A DNA stretch of 64,000 bases from an uncultured Microthrixaceae bacterium (GTDB taxonomy: Bacteria; Actinomycetota; Acidimicrobiia; Acidimicrobiales; DATDAH01). Positions within the stretch are counted from its first letter, which is position 1. Each line of letters starts with the position of its first letter. The notes below the pieces were generated by a model. It ran no database searches, was not told where the DNA came from, and worked only from the letters and a program-made list of their open reading frames with translations. Shown here one piece after another: positions 1 to 9,992 of this stretch. A program made the position numbers and the translations under genes. The DNA is taken from contig CAZWMT010000001.1 of the NCBI GenBank assembly GCA_964635055.1, forward strand, positions 211,234 through 275,233, in the 5' to 3' direction.

Positions 1-1
1 C

Positions 2-1294
2 GTCGCCGACGACCTGCTCGAAGCCGCCGCGCTGGCCCGCGACGCCGGCCGGGTGGGCCTGCTCGCCGCCGCCGCCTACTGGTACCTGGGCCCCGCCGGG
101 GTCCTGGCCGACCTGTCCGACCCGAACTTCCGTCCGTTGCTCGAAGAGGCGCGCGACGCGCTGGACGCGTGCCCCGACGACCAGTTCGTCCGGGAGCGCA
201 TGTGGGTGTTGGGCAAGCTCGCGCACGCGCACACCCTCGACGCCGACCCCACCGAGCAGCTGGCGCTCACCGAGGCCGCGCTGGCGCTCAGTCGTCGCCT
301 GGACGAGCCCGCCGACCGTTGGCGAGCAGTCGTCTGGCGCTTGTACGCCATCGACAGCCTCGGGCGCTACGACGAATGGGAGGCGCTCATCGAGGAGTGC
401 ACCACCCTGGCCGACGCCTTCCCGGTCACGTTCCAGCGCGACCCGCTCAGCTGGCAGATCCAGGCGGCCCGCAGCCGGGGAGACGTCGACCGGGCCGCCG
501 GCCTGGTCGACCGCTACCGCCGGCTGTTCGTGCCGCTCGGGCTGGCCCTGCCCGGCATCGTGCACGGCGTCGGCTCGGCCCGCGCCATCGACCAGGGCCG
601 CTTCGCCGAGGCGCGACGCCTGCTCGACGCCTGGCGTGACGAGAGCCCGCCGCACGACGGCACCATGCTCGGCATCGGCGCCAACGAGGCCTGGCACGAC
701 CTGTGGACCATCGACGCCGACCGCTACCGGGCCACGCTCGAGGCGATGCCCGGGTCGGCGGCCGCCGTGCTCGCCGTCTACCCGTTGGCGTCGATCCTGG
801 CGCTCCTCGAGGGCGACGAGGAGGCCGCGCGGGCCCGCTACGACGAGTGGCGGCCCTCGATCGACGGCGTTCCCGCCTACTTCGCCTTCCACATGGCCGC
901 CACCGCCACCTACCCCACGTGGCGCCTCGGCGAGGCCGCAGTTGCCGAGCGGCTCGTCGCCGGCCTCGCGCCCCACGCCGGACGATGGCCGAGCCTCAGC
1001 GCCGCCAACACCATCGGGCCGGCCGACCTCCACCTCGGGGTCAACCGGGTGACCCTCGGCGACCTGCCCGCGGCGGAGGCCGACCTACGTGCGGCGCTCG
1101 CATCGTGCGAGGCGACGACGTCGCACGCCTGGGAGGCGGTGGCCCTCCTCCACCTCGCCGATGCCGTCGCGCAGCAGGGCCGGGCCGACGAGTCCGCGGC
1201 GCTCGCCGCCCGGTGCCGGGCCCAGGCCGTGCGCCTGGGCCTGACGCTCGTCACCCAGGACCTCGACCGCCTCGGCCTCACCCCGCGAGCCTGA
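2..1294 (+). CDS. hypothetical helical-repeat (TPR-like) protein, 5' end outside window
   Basis: The frame is open from base 2 (VADDLLEAAALARDAG...) into ORF 53..1294. Ala/Leu/Arg-rich helical repeats, no catalytic motif recognised. Confidence 0.5.
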   Translation, partial: VADDLLEAAALARDAGRVGLLAAAAYWYLGPAGVLADLSDPNFRPLLEEARDALDACPDDQFVRERMWVLGKLAHAHTLDADPTEQLALTEAALALSRRLDEPADRWRAVVWRLYAIDSLGRYDEWEALIEECTTLADAFPVTFQRDPLSWQIQAARSRGDVDRAAGLVDRYRRLFVPLGLALPGIVHGVGSARAIDQGRFAEARRLLDAWRDESPPHDGTMLGIGANEAWHDLWTIDADRYRATLEAMPGSAAAVLAVYPLASILALLEGDEEAARARYDEWRPSIDGVPAYFAFHMAATATYPTWRLGEAAVAERLVAGLAPHAGRWPSLSAANTIGPADLHLGVNRVTLGDLPAAEADLRAALASCEATTSHAWEAVALLHLADAVAQQGRADESAALAARCRAQAVRLGLTLVTQDLDRLGLTPRA

Positions 1295-1321
1295 CCCGGG
1301 CCAGCCCTGAAACGGTGGGTT

Positions 1322-1365
1322 CTGGCGCCCGATTCGGTCGCCATGGCAACCGAATCGGGCGCCAG
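1322..1365. repeat. palindromic REP-like element, family 1, copy 1 (terminator-like, between convergent genes)
   Basis: CTGGCGCCCGATTCGGT-cgccatggca-ACCGAATCGGGCGCCAG forms 17-bp perfect arms. A near-identical element sits at 31374-31425. Confidence 0.7.
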
Positions 1366-1444
1366 TTCGAGGATCGGGTGGGTCGACCACCGCGACGCCG
1401 GCGTGGCGCATTGGCTCGACGCAATCCGGCCGCCGCCGCGTCGA

Positions 1445-2932
1445 TCACACCTGGACGCGAAGGCGGGGCGCGAGCTCGGGTCGCACCTCGGGCTCGGGTG
1501 GCGGGACGGTGAGGCCGTCCGGCCCGAGCGCTTGCGCCCCCGGCGGCGCCGGCCCGCCGGCGTCGGCGAAGACCCCGAGGTCGGCGAACGGCACGCCGCC
1601 CTCGTTGCGGCCGAGGGCCTCGTCGGTGAGGTTCGGGTCGCCGCCGAGCCGGTTCAGGACGGTGGCGTACACCGAGCGGAAGTCCACCGTCGGCACCAGG
1701 GCGTCGGCGTAGCGCGCCGCGGGAGCGAGGTCGGCGGGCTCGCCGTACCAGCCACCGCGCACGCCGCCCCCGAGCACGATGGTGTCGCTGCCGAGCCCGT
1801 GGTCGGTCCCTTGGCCGGCCGCCTCGCCGATCTGGCGGCCGAACTCGGACTGGATGACGACGAAGACGTCGCCGGCTCGGGGATGCCCGGCCATGACGGC
1901 GAAGAACCGGCGTAGCCCCTCGTCGAGGAGGTCGAGCTTCTGGCGGTGGTAGCCGGGTTGGCTGCCGTGGGTGTCGAACCCCTTGTCGAGAGCGATGTAG
2001 GTCTGGCAGGGGACGCCCGCCTGGATCAGCGCGGCCACCGTGGCCAACTGCTGTGCCAAGGTCCCCGCCGCGGGGTCGGTCGGAGGGGCCGGCACGTCGT
2101 GGGCGGCGACGATCGCCTCGCGAGCGACGTCGAGTGCGCCGGCGGCCGTCGCCACCTTGCCTCTCGCCGTCGACGCCGGCTTCCCGAACCGGCCGATGCC
2201 CTCGACGACCGCCTCGACATCCGGCACGTTCGCCGCCCAGAAGTCGAATGTGGCGAGGTCGTCGATGGCCACGGCCGGACTGGCCCGCGAGACCAGAGCC
2301 TGATGGGCGCCCGAGGTCGACACGGCGCCGAGCGACTGGCCCGGGTTGGCGAGATCGTTGTACCGACCGAGCCAACCGGTCTCCATCAGCTCGCCCGTGA
2401 AGGCACCGGCCCATCGGTACGCCGAGCTCACGAAGTGGCTCTGCTCACGCATCACGTTCTCGCCGGTGCCCTGCACGATGGCGACGTCGCCCACATCGTG
2501 CCAACGGTTGGCCAACCAGGGCATCGCCCCGTGAAGGGCCCACTGTCCGTCGAGGTCGAGGGCGGGTGGCAGCAGGTCGTCGACCGGTGCGCCCCCATAC
2601 GGACGGGTCGTGGTGACCTCGGTGATGGCCAGGGTGGGGCGGGCATCGCGGTAGTAGCCCGTCGACCCCGGAACGGCCATGGGGACGATCGTGTTGAGGA
2701 TGTCGTTGCCGCCGGGCAGCTCGACGAGCACGAGCACCGGCGTGCCGACGGGAAGGGTCGAGCCGAACGCCGCTTGCGCGGCCGCGCTCGGGGCGAGGGG
2801 GTCGAGCCAACGGGTCGCGGCACCTGCCGCGACCACGGCGCCCAGCCCCTGCAGGAAGGTGCGACGGCTGAGCCCGCCGCCCCTCGAGGCGGACGGGGCA
2901 CCCTGAGCGTGATCGGTCATCGGGCTCGCCAT
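1445..2932 (-). CDS. DUF1501-family protein (sulfatase-like) with twin-arginine signal
   Basis: N-terminal SRRTFLQGLGAVVAAGAA Tat motif. Lies 4 nt downstream of a DUF1800-like ORF, which is the classic DUF1800/DUF1501 pair. Confidence 0.85.
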   Translation of the reverse strand: MASPMTDHAQGAPSASRGGGLSRRTFLQGLGAVVAAGAATRWLDPLAPSAAAQAAFGSTLPVGTPVLVLVELPGGNDILNTIVPMAVPGSTGYYRDARPTLAITEVTTTRPYGGAPVDDLLPPALDLDGQWALHGAMPWLANRWHDVGDVAIVQGTGENVMREQSHFVSSAYRWAGAFTGELMETGWLGRYNDLANPGQSLGAVSTSGAHQALVSRASPAVAIDDLATFDFWAANVPDVEAVVEGIGRFGKPASTARGKVATAAGALDVAREAIVAAHDVPAPPTDPAAGTLAQQLATVAALIQAGVPCQTYIALDKGFDTHGSQPGYHRQKLDLLDEGLRRFFAVMAGHPRAGDVFVVIQSEFGRQIGEAAGQGTDHGLGSDTIVLGGGVRGGWYGEPADLAPAARYADALVPTVDFRSVYATVLNRLGGDPNLTDEALGRNEGGVPFADLGVFADAGGPAPPGAQALGPDGLTVPPPEPEVRPELAPRLRVQV

Positions 2933-2936
2933 CCCC

Positions 2937-4316
2937 TCAGTTGGCCAGGAACTCGGGCGACAGGAGGGCGAGGTTCACGAGCCCGGCGGCGCGGGAGGGT
3001 GACCACGAGCCCCCGCGAGCGTAGGTGTCGAGCACGGACACCGTGCGGTACGAGGTGGGGATGAGCCCAGCCTGGTCGCACACGAACCTGGCCGCGGTGG
3101 AGGGTGTGCTCTTGGTGAACACCTTGGTCACGAACGGGCTGATGGCGCCGACCTGCTGGCCGTCCTCGTCGAAGCCACGGGTTGTCATCAGGTTGGCGAG
3201 GCGCGACCAGACGAGCAGGTTCGACGAGTTCAGCCACTGGTCTCCCTTCGGCCAGCCGGACACGTTCGGGGGCACCCACGGGATCTGACCCATCTGCGCC
3301 ATCGTCGGGTGGATGGACATGTCGGTGGCGAGCTCGGGCCACGCCAGCAACCGGGCCGCGGCCACCACCCGCTCGAGCGCCGTCTTCGTGCGGTTGAACA
3401 CCGCTCGACCGGCCGTGAACTCCGGGCGACGGGCGATCTCTGCCACCAGTGCTCCGACGTCGCCCTCCGCGCCCCAGGCGACGGCCAGGCTGTCGAGCAC
3501 CTCGGGAGACGCGTCGAACCCCGTGAGCTCGCGGTAGAAGCGGGCGGGGACGTAGTGGTGCCACGACGGCTGCTCGAGGATCGCGTCGAGGACCTCCGTC
3601 ACCCCGGCGGCGCCCCGCGGCGCCCCGAGGAACGTCTTGTCGCCGCCGTCCCAGTGGTCCGGATCGAACGCCAACGTCCGGGTGGGGAACGAGTAGCGCC
3701 ACCCGGTCAGCGCCCGCGCGACCTCCACGACGTCCTGCTGGTCGTAGTTGGGGGCCCCTGTCGCGGGATCGGTCGCCCCGAGGGAGAACAGCTCGAGCAG
3801 CTCGCGGCCCAGGTTCTGGTTGGGATGCGCCTTGTCGTTGAGATCGCCCGTCAGGTACTTCACCATCCCGGCCGTCGTCACGACCTGCGACAACAGGGTG
3901 TGGTAGTCGCTGTCGAGTGCCCCCCGCAGCGCGGCGATGTGCTCGAGCAGGTCCACCTGGAACACCACGTCCGTCATCCCCACCACGAGGAGACCCTGCA
4001 ACAGCCACGCGACGCGCTCCTGCAGCGGGTTGTAGTCGGCTGCCGGCGTGGTGACACCGGTCGAGACCGGCCCGAAGGCCATCATCTCGAGCTGACGACC
4101 CTGATGCTCCACGACCGGCGCCGTCACCGGCGGGAAACCTGTCCGATCGAAGGCGACGAGCGGTTTGGCGAGGAACGATTCGATCACGGCGTCGACACCC
4201 AGTGCCGTGCCGATCCGGATGTCGCGGTGGGTCGGCCCGAAGCCGAGCCGACGCCACACGTGGGCCACCTTGGCCTCGATCGGAACCACCATGGCAGTCT
4301 CGTCCATTCCAGCCAC
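2937..4316 (-). CDS. DUF1800-family protein
   Basis: 459-aa ORF containing VWRRLGFGP, typical of the DUF1800 N-terminus. Tightly packed with its flanking genes. Confidence 0.8.
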   Translation of the reverse strand: MAGMDETAMVVPIEAKVAHVWRRLGFGPTHRDIRIGTALGVDAVIESFLAKPLVAFDRTGFPPVTAPVVEHQGRQLEMMAFGPVSTGVTTPAADYNPLQERVAWLLQGLLVVGMTDVVFQVDLLEHIAALRGALDSDYHTLLSQVVTTAGMVKYLTGDLNDKAHPNQNLGRELLELFSLGATDPATGAPNYDQQDVVEVARALTGWRYSFPTRTLAFDPDHWDGGDKTFLGAPRGAAGVTEVLDAILEQPSWHHYVPARFYRELTGFDASPEVLDSLAVAWGAEGDVGALVAEIARRPEFTAGRAVFNRTKTALERVVAAARLLAWPELATDMSIHPTMAQMGQIPWVPPNVSGWPKGDQWLNSSNLLVWSRLANLMTTRGFDEDGQQVGAISPFVTKVFTKSTPSTAARFVCDQAGLIPTSYRTVSVLDTYARGGSWSPSRAAGLVNLALLSPEFLAN

Positions 4317-4322
4317 GGCTGC

Positions 4323-5246
4323 TCAGAACGCCTTCTTCTTGGCCTTCCACTTCTTGGGGTCGTACTCCATGGGGGGCACGAAGAAGTCGTAGCGGCGGCG
4401 CCGTACGTTGGTCTGCCACCAGCGGTCGACCCGCTGCACCCGGTTCATGAGCGACCAGGTCTTCGACTCGCCGTCGTAGTACTTGCGGGCCTCCTCGATC
4501 GTGATCGGCGGGTCGGCCACCCGGTTGCACTCCTCGATCACCACGGGCACCCAGTCGTCCAGGTCGTCCTTGTAGAGCAGCCCGCACAGGTCGAGCAACG
4601 TGATGCGGGGGTTGCAGTACCGGGTGATGGCCGGCGGCAGCTCCTTGCGGTAGATCGGCTTGGCGATGGCCGGCGCCGCCTCGAGGAACACCTCGAGGTC
4701 CATCAGCGGCTTGCCGTCGTCGCCCACCAGGAAGGGAGTGGTGACGTCGATGTAGCGGTGCGCGCCGTCGACCCACGCCCAGTTGGTGATCTGGCCGTCG
4801 ATGCCCCGCCGGTCGGTGGTGACGCCGGCGATCAGGTCGACCACGGTGGGGATCAGCGGGTGACCCTCCGCAGGGTCGGCGCCGCGCAGGATGGACGGGC
4901 CGAGGGTGGCCTTGTCCAGCGCGGGCTGCACGACGTAGGCGGTGAGCCGTCCGCTGTCCGATCCCTCGGCCGGCACCGAGTGCACCTCGGTGTCCAGGAC
5001 GGCCACGCCGGCGTGGCGCATCTGGTCGACGTAGTCGAGGATCAGGTCGCGGTGGCGCTCGAAGGCGGCCTGGTCCGGGAAGGGCGGCAGCCTCTTGGCC
5101 ACGACCCGGGTCTCGCCGCTCGCCGGGACCCCGAACACGACGGCGGTCACGCCGTACCCGATGATCTTGAGGTCGTCCTCGCCGCCGCCGTCCAGGGCCT
5201 TGCCCACATCGGCTTCGAGCTGGACCAGTTCCTCGTCGGTGATCAT
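4323..5246 (-). CDS. hypothetical protein (possible kinase-like fold), first gene of the DUF1800/DUF1501 operon
   Basis: 307-aa ORF with coding-like composition. Its stop is 6 nt before the next start. Lys-rich tail (KKWKAKKKAF). Confidence 0.6.
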   Translation of the reverse strand: MITDEELVQLEADVGKALDGGGEDDLKIIGYGVTAVVFGVPASGETRVVAKRLPPFPDQAAFERHRDLILDYVDQMRHAGVAVLDTEVHSVPAEGSDSGRLTAYVVQPALDKATLGPSILRGADPAEGHPLIPTVVDLIAGVTTDRRGIDGQITNWAWVDGAHRYIDVTTPFLVGDDGKPLMDLEVFLEAAPAIAKPIYRKELPPAITRYCNPRITLLDLCGLLYKDDLDDWVPVVIEECNRVADPPITIEEARKYYDGESKTWSLMNRVQRVDRWWQTNVRRRRYDFFVPPMEYDPKKWKAKKKAF

Positions 5247-5334
5247 CCCCGCCTCCTCGCTCGCCGTCGCCGGGAATCATCGCACGGCGGACGGAGCAGA
5301 ACGCCGCCAAGGCGGTACGGCTGCCTACGACGAG

Positions 5335-6738
5335 TCAGCTTCTCGCCGTCGTGAAGGCCACGGTGTCCTTGCGCTCGGGGAAGTCGCTCGACTTGGCGTT
5401 CAGCACCGCACGCAGGCGGGCGCCCACTGGTGCTGTCGCCCGCACCGTGACCTCGACCTTGATCTGGAAGGTGTCGCCCGGGTTCAGGGCGCTGGTGCCG
5501 TAGGAACCCGCGGTGACGTCGTCGGTGACGTCGACTCCCTGGTGGCGGTAGGTGATGCTGAAGGCCGGGTCTGACGGGGTCGCCCGTACGGCGAAGCTGT
5601 CCGACACGATCCCATCGTTCTGGATCGATGCCGTGTAGGTCACCGTCGCGCCGCGGGGGGCACGGGCGGTGACGTTCTGCCCGGCGCCGGTGGTGTTGTA
5701 GACGCCGTCGCCGGCATAGGCCCCGGTCGTCCCGAGTCGGATGCGAGCGTCCGGCCGGGTGCGCGCGTAGGCCTTGATGCGGTTGTTGTAGGTGTCGACG
5801 ACGTAGACGAGCTCTGCCTCGCCCGGTTCGCCGTAGGTGCGCACCGCCACCCCGGTCGGGCCGTAGAACTCGTTGGCCCCGGACCCCGTCGAGCCCCACG
5901 AGGCCAGCACGGCACCGCCGGCAGTGAACTGCTCGACGCGGTTCCCGTCGAAGTCGGTGACGGTCAGGTTATGGGCGCCATCGACGCTGATGCCTCGCGG
6001 GACGGCGCCGGTGGTCCACTCACCCCGGTAGGAGCCGTCCATCGTGAACTTCTGGACCCGATCGTGGCCGCTGTCGGTGACGAACACCTTGCCGGTGGTG
6101 GGATCCACCGCCACCCCGTACGGATAGGCGAACCTGCCCGGCCCGCTGCCCGACCCACCCCACGAGCCGAGGTAGGTGCCCTGGCGATTGAAGCGTTGCA
6201 CGCGGTTGTTCAGCCAGTCGGCCACGTACACCGTCCTGGTGGTGGGATCGACGGCGATCCCGTGGGGCTCGTCGAACTGGCCCGGTCCGCTGCCCGTGTC
6301 GCCCCAGATGGTGAGCAGCTGTCCACTGGCGTTGAACTTGCGGATCCGATCGTGCCCCGAGTCGGCGACGTAGACGTTGCCGTTCGACTGGTCGACGGCG
6401 ATCCCCCCCGGGCTCGGCGTGGTCCATGATCCCAGGTAGTCGCCGCCGGCGGTGAAGTACTGCACCCGGTTGTTGCCGTCGTCGGTGACGTAGACCAGCC
6501 CCTCGGGGCTGAGGGCGACGTCGTCGGCCACGGAGAATTGGCCCGGTCCGCTGCCGCCCTCGCCCCACATCTGCATGAAGGGGAGCGGCTCCGCTTCCTC
6601 GCCTGCTGGGGCCGCGGGGGCCGTCGTCGCCCCGAGCAGAAGCGGTGTGCCCACGGCGAGCAGTACGGCGACGGCGAGGGTCGTGATCGCTCTTGGACGC
6701 TGTCGATGAGGGTGGTCTGTCGTGTCGAGAGCCTGCAT
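5335..6738 (-). CDS. secreted NHL-repeat beta-propeller protein with C-terminal Ig-like domain
   Basis: Signal peptide (AVAVLLAVGTPLLLGATTAPA). At least five repeats of the form SGPGQF..P.GIAVD...VYVAD..N.RVQ.F. Confidence 0.8.
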   Translation of the reverse strand: MQALDTTDHPHRQRPRAITTLAVAVLLAVGTPLLLGATTAPAAPAGEEAEPLPFMQMWGEGGSGPGQFSVADDVALSPEGLVYVTDDGNNRVQYFTAGGDYLGSWTTPSPGGIAVDQSNGNVYVADSGHDRIRKFNASGQLLTIWGDTGSGPGQFDEPHGIAVDPTTRTVYVADWLNNRVQRFNRQGTYLGSWGGSGSGPGRFAYPYGVAVDPTTGKVFVTDSGHDRVQKFTMDGSYRGEWTTGAVPRGISVDGAHNLTVTDFDGNRVEQFTAGGAVLASWGSTGSGANEFYGPTGVAVRTYGEPGEAELVYVVDTYNNRIKAYARTRPDARIRLGTTGAYAGDGVYNTTGAGQNVTARAPRGATVTYTASIQNDGIVSDSFAVRATPSDPAFSITYRHQGVDVTDDVTAGSYGTSALNPGDTFQIKVEVTVRATAPVGARLRAVLNAKSSDFPERKDTVAFTTARS

Positions 6739-7079
6739 GAGCCGACCGTCGCGCTCGCTGAAGGACGCGGGTAGGGCTGTTGGTCCCTTCCGGGAACAGT
6801 GCCAGACGGCACCCCTCTCGCGGTCGAAACCGGACGATGTGCGACGCCGTCAGGGACCCCGACGAACCGGCCTGGCGGCGGTGCCTGTTCGACCCCTGGT
6901 GGTCGACGCCGGCCCGCCGCTCGACGGGTCGCGGTCGGAGGTAGCGGATCGACCGCCCCCCGGGGGACAATGGACCCATGTCCGACGACTCGCCACCACC
7001 TCCCGGCGCTGCGCAGCGGAGCGGAGCAGCAACGCGGCCCGAACCGGATCCCGGAGGGGCCCCGAGGGACGAGGGGCGA

Positions 7080-9032
7080 ATGCGACGTGACCGCCCGTGG
7101 ATGATGCGCACCTACTCGGGGCACTCGACGGCGAAGGCCTCGAACGCCCTGTACCGCACCAACCTGGCCAAGGGCCAAACCGGCCTGTCCATCGCCTTCG
7201 ACCTGCCCACCCAGACGGGGTACGACCCCGACGACCCGAACGCCCGGGGCGAGGTGGGCAAGGTGGGCGTGCCGGTGGCCCACCTGGGGCACATGGGCGA
7301 GCTGCTCGACGGCATACCGCCGGGCGAGATGAACACGTCGATGACCATCAACGCCACCGCCGCCTGGCTGCTGGCGCTCTACGTGGCCAACGCCGAGAAC
7401 CAGGGCGTCGCCTCCGAGGCGCTGCGGGGCACCACCCAGAACGACATCGTCAAGGAGTACCTCAGCCGCGGCACCTACATCTACCCGCCGCTGCCCAGCC
7501 GCCGCCTCATCGTCGACATGGTGGCGTTCTGTGCCGAGCGCATCCCCAAGTGGAACCCCATGAACGTCTGCAGCTACCACCTGCAGGAGGCCGGGGCCAC
7601 GCCGGTGCAGGAGATCGCCTACGCCCTGGCCACCGCCATCGGGGTGCTGGACGCGGTGCGCGAGTCGGGGCAGGTGCCCGACGACCGCTTCCCGGCGGTG
7701 GTGGCGTCGATCAGCTTCTTCTGCAACGCCGGCATCCGCTTCGTGGAGGAGAACGCCAAGATGCGGGCCTTCACGCAGATGTGGGACCGCCTCTGCCTCG
7801 AGCGCTACGGCGTCACCGACCCGAAGGCGCGCCGCTTCCGGTACGGCGTGCAGGTGAACTCGCTCGGCCTCACCGAGGCGCAGCCCGAGAACAACGTCCA
7901 GCGGATCGTGCTCGAAGCCCTGGGCGTCACGCTGTCGAAGAGCGCCCGGGCCCGGTCGATCCAGCTGCCGGCGTGGAACGAGGCCCTGGGGCTGCCCAAG
8001 CCGTGGGACCAGCAGTGGTCGCTGCGCATGCAGCAGGTGCTGGCCTTCGAGACCGACCTGCTCGAGTACGACGACCTGTTCGAAGGGTCGAAGGTGATGG
8101 AGCGCCTCACCACCGACCTGGTGGACGGCGCCCAGGCGGAGTTGGACGAGGTGCTGGCCCTCGGCGGTGCCTTCGAGGCCATCGACGAGCTCAAGGGACG
8201 GCTGGTCACGTCGCACACCGAGCGCATGCGCCGGCTGGAGTCGGGCGACCTGCAGGTGGTCGGCGTGAACTGCTTCACCGAGACCGCCCCGTCGCCGCTC
8301 GACTCCGCCGAGAACATCCTGCAGGTCGACCCCGCCGTGCAGGGCCAGATGATCGACGACGTGGTGACGTGGCGGGCCAACCGCGACGGCGACGCCGTGC
8401 GCCGTGCCCTCGACGAGTTGCGCCGGGTGGCCACCGACGGCGGCAACCTGATGACGCCCAGCATCGAGCTGGCCCACGCCGGCGGCACCACCGGCGAGTG
8501 GGCCGGCGCGCTGCGCGAGGTGTTCGGTGAGTACCGGGCCCCCACGGGCGTGGCCGCCGCGGTGGCGGTGGGCGGCAGCAACGACGACCTTCGGCGTGTG
8601 GCCGAGCGGGTGAAGGCCATGCCCGGCGGCCCGCCCCGGTTCCTGGTGGCCAAGCCGGGCCTCGACGGCCACTCGAACGGCGCCGAGCAGATCGCGGTCG
8701 CCGGCCGCGACGCGGGCATGGAGGTCATCTACCAGGGCATCCGGCTGTCACCCGAGCAGATCGCGGCGGTGGCCCGGGACGAGGACGTCGACGTCATCGG
8801 CCTGTCGATCCTCTCCGGCAGCCACCTCGAGCTGGTGCCCGCCGTGCTCGACCGGCTCAACGCCGCCGGGGTCGACGCCCCCGTGACGGTGGGCGGCATC
8901 ATCCCCGAGGGCGACCAGGTCAAGCTGCGTGAGCTGGGTGTGGCCGCGGTGTTCACCCCCAAGGACTTCCAGCTCGGCCACCTCATGTCCGAGATCGCCG
9001 ACCTCGTCGAGGCCCATCGCCGCGAGGCGTGA
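7080..9032 (+). CDS. fused B12-dependent acyl-CoA mutase (MeaA / ethylmalonyl-CoA mutase-like)
   Basis: MMRTYSGHSTAKASNALYRTNLAKGQTGLSIAFDLPTQTGYD mutase core plus a C-terminal B12-binding DxHxxG motif (LDGHSNGAEQIA). Start taken at ATG 7080; the longer ORF from 6978 adds a Pro/Gly-rich extension. Confidence 0.85.
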   Translation: MRRDRPWMMRTYSGHSTAKASNALYRTNLAKGQTGLSIAFDLPTQTGYDPDDPNARGEVGKVGVPVAHLGHMGELLDGIPPGEMNTSMTINATAAWLLALYVANAENQGVASEALRGTTQNDIVKEYLSRGTYIYPPLPSRRLIVDMVAFCAERIPKWNPMNVCSYHLQEAGATPVQEIAYALATAIGVLDAVRESGQVPDDRFPAVVASISFFCNAGIRFVEENAKMRAFTQMWDRLCLERYGVTDPKARRFRYGVQVNSLGLTEAQPENNVQRIVLEALGVTLSKSARARSIQLPAWNEALGLPKPWDQQWSLRMQQVLAFETDLLEYDDLFEGSKVMERLTTDLVDGAQAELDEVLALGGAFEAIDELKGRLVTSHTERMRRLESGDLQVVGVNCFTETAPSPLDSAENILQVDPAVQGQMIDDVVTWRANRDGDAVRRALDELRRVATDGGNLMTPSIELAHAGGTTGEWAGALREVFGEYRAPTGVAAAVAVGGSNDDLRRVAERVKAMPGGPPRFLVAKPGLDGHSNGAEQIAVAGRDAGMEVIYQGIRLSPEQIAAVARDEDVDVIGLSILSGSHLELVPAVLDRLNAAGVDAPVTVGGIIPEGDQVKLRELGVAAVFTPKDFQLGHLMSEIADLVEAHRREA

Positions 9033-9078
9033 TCGTGCTCGCGATCATGGGCGGGACGATGGGGGCGATTGGGGCCGG

Positions 9079-9990
9079 ATGGCCCAGGACAACCCGCTTG
9101 ATTCGTCCGACGACCGCGCCGATGGGACAGCAGTGAGGGACCAGAGAGCTCTGGTCGCGGTGATGGTCGGCATCCTCGGTGCCGTCGTCGGAGCAGCAGG
9201 AGTGATCGTGGACTCGACAATCCTTGGGGCGGTGGCCGGTCTGGCGGCACTGTGTGTGGCACTCATCGCCCTCTCGATGCGCCGCGCGCACAAGGCCCAG
9301 CAGGCCCGGATCAGCGACCTGGAGACCCGGATCGACGAGCTCGAGCAGCAGGCCGACGACGACCACGACCGGCGTGAGACCGACGACCTCCGCGGGCCCA
9401 CCGGCCCGCCGCTGTCCGCGCTCGACCGGCCGCAGCAGACCTCCGCCGTGCCGCTGCCGCCCTCCGTCATCCCTGACGCGCTCACCGGACCGGCCGGCCC
9501 CGCGTCGAGCACGTCGCGTGAGGCCGACCTCCTGGCCGACCCCCAGACGGGGTTGTTCAGCGAGGGCTACTTCCGGGTCGCGCTCGACGCCCGGATCTCC
9601 GCCGCCCGCCGCCACCTCCGGCCCGTCGCCGTCGTCATCCTCGACGTGGTGCAAGGCCTCGACAGCGGCCACCCCACGCCCAGCAACCCCAAGCTGGTGG
9701 CCGAGAGCATCGCGGCCACGGTCCGCGACGCCGACACCGCGTGCCGCATGGACGACGGCCGCTTCGCCCTGGTGCTCGAGGACACCCCCGAGAACGGTGC
9801 CATCTGGACCGTCGAGCGGATCCGGCGGCGCCTGGCCGAGTCGGCCCCCGGCCAGACCCTGTGGGCCGGCGTGGCCTGCTACCCCGCCCACGCCTTCGAC
9901 AGCGACGAGATCCTCGCCCAGACCGAACTGGCGCTGGGAGCCGCCCGCGAGTGGCGCCAGGACCGCATCGAGGTCGCGGTCGCGCCCTGA
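9079..9990 (+). CDS. membrane-anchored GGDEF-domain protein with degenerate active site
   Basis: Two hydrophobic helices, a coiled coil (RISDLETRIDELEQQ) and a GGDEF-fold C-terminus in which the signature reads RMDDGRFALVLED (DDGRF instead of GG[DE]EF). Confidence 0.7.
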   Translation: MAQDNPLDSSDDRADGTAVRDQRALVAVMVGILGAVVGAAGVIVDSTILGAVAGLAALCVALIALSMRRAHKAQQARISDLETRIDELEQQADDDHDRRETDDLRGPTGPPLSALDRPQQTSAVPLPPSVIPDALTGPAGPASSTSREADLLADPQTGLFSEGYFRVALDARISAARRHLRPVAVVILDVVQGLDSGHPTPSNPKLVAESIAATVRDADTACRMDDGRFALVLEDTPENGAIWTVERIRRRLAESAPGQTLWAGVACYPAHAFDSDEILAQTELALGAAREWRQDRIEVAVAP

Positions 9991-9992
9991 CA

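Noticed and set aside
6780-6900. Structured-looking leader upstream of the B12-dependent mutase. It has strings resembling a cobalamin B12 box (CGTCAGGGACC) and the guanidine-III riboswitch (CCGGACGATGTGCG).
   Set aside because: Only fragments of either consensus are present, and the pseudoknot or long-range pairings do not line up. B12 riboswitches normally control B12 synthesis, transport or B12-independent isozymes, and guanidine-III controls efflux genes, so the gene context does not fit either. An Rfam cmscan would settle it.
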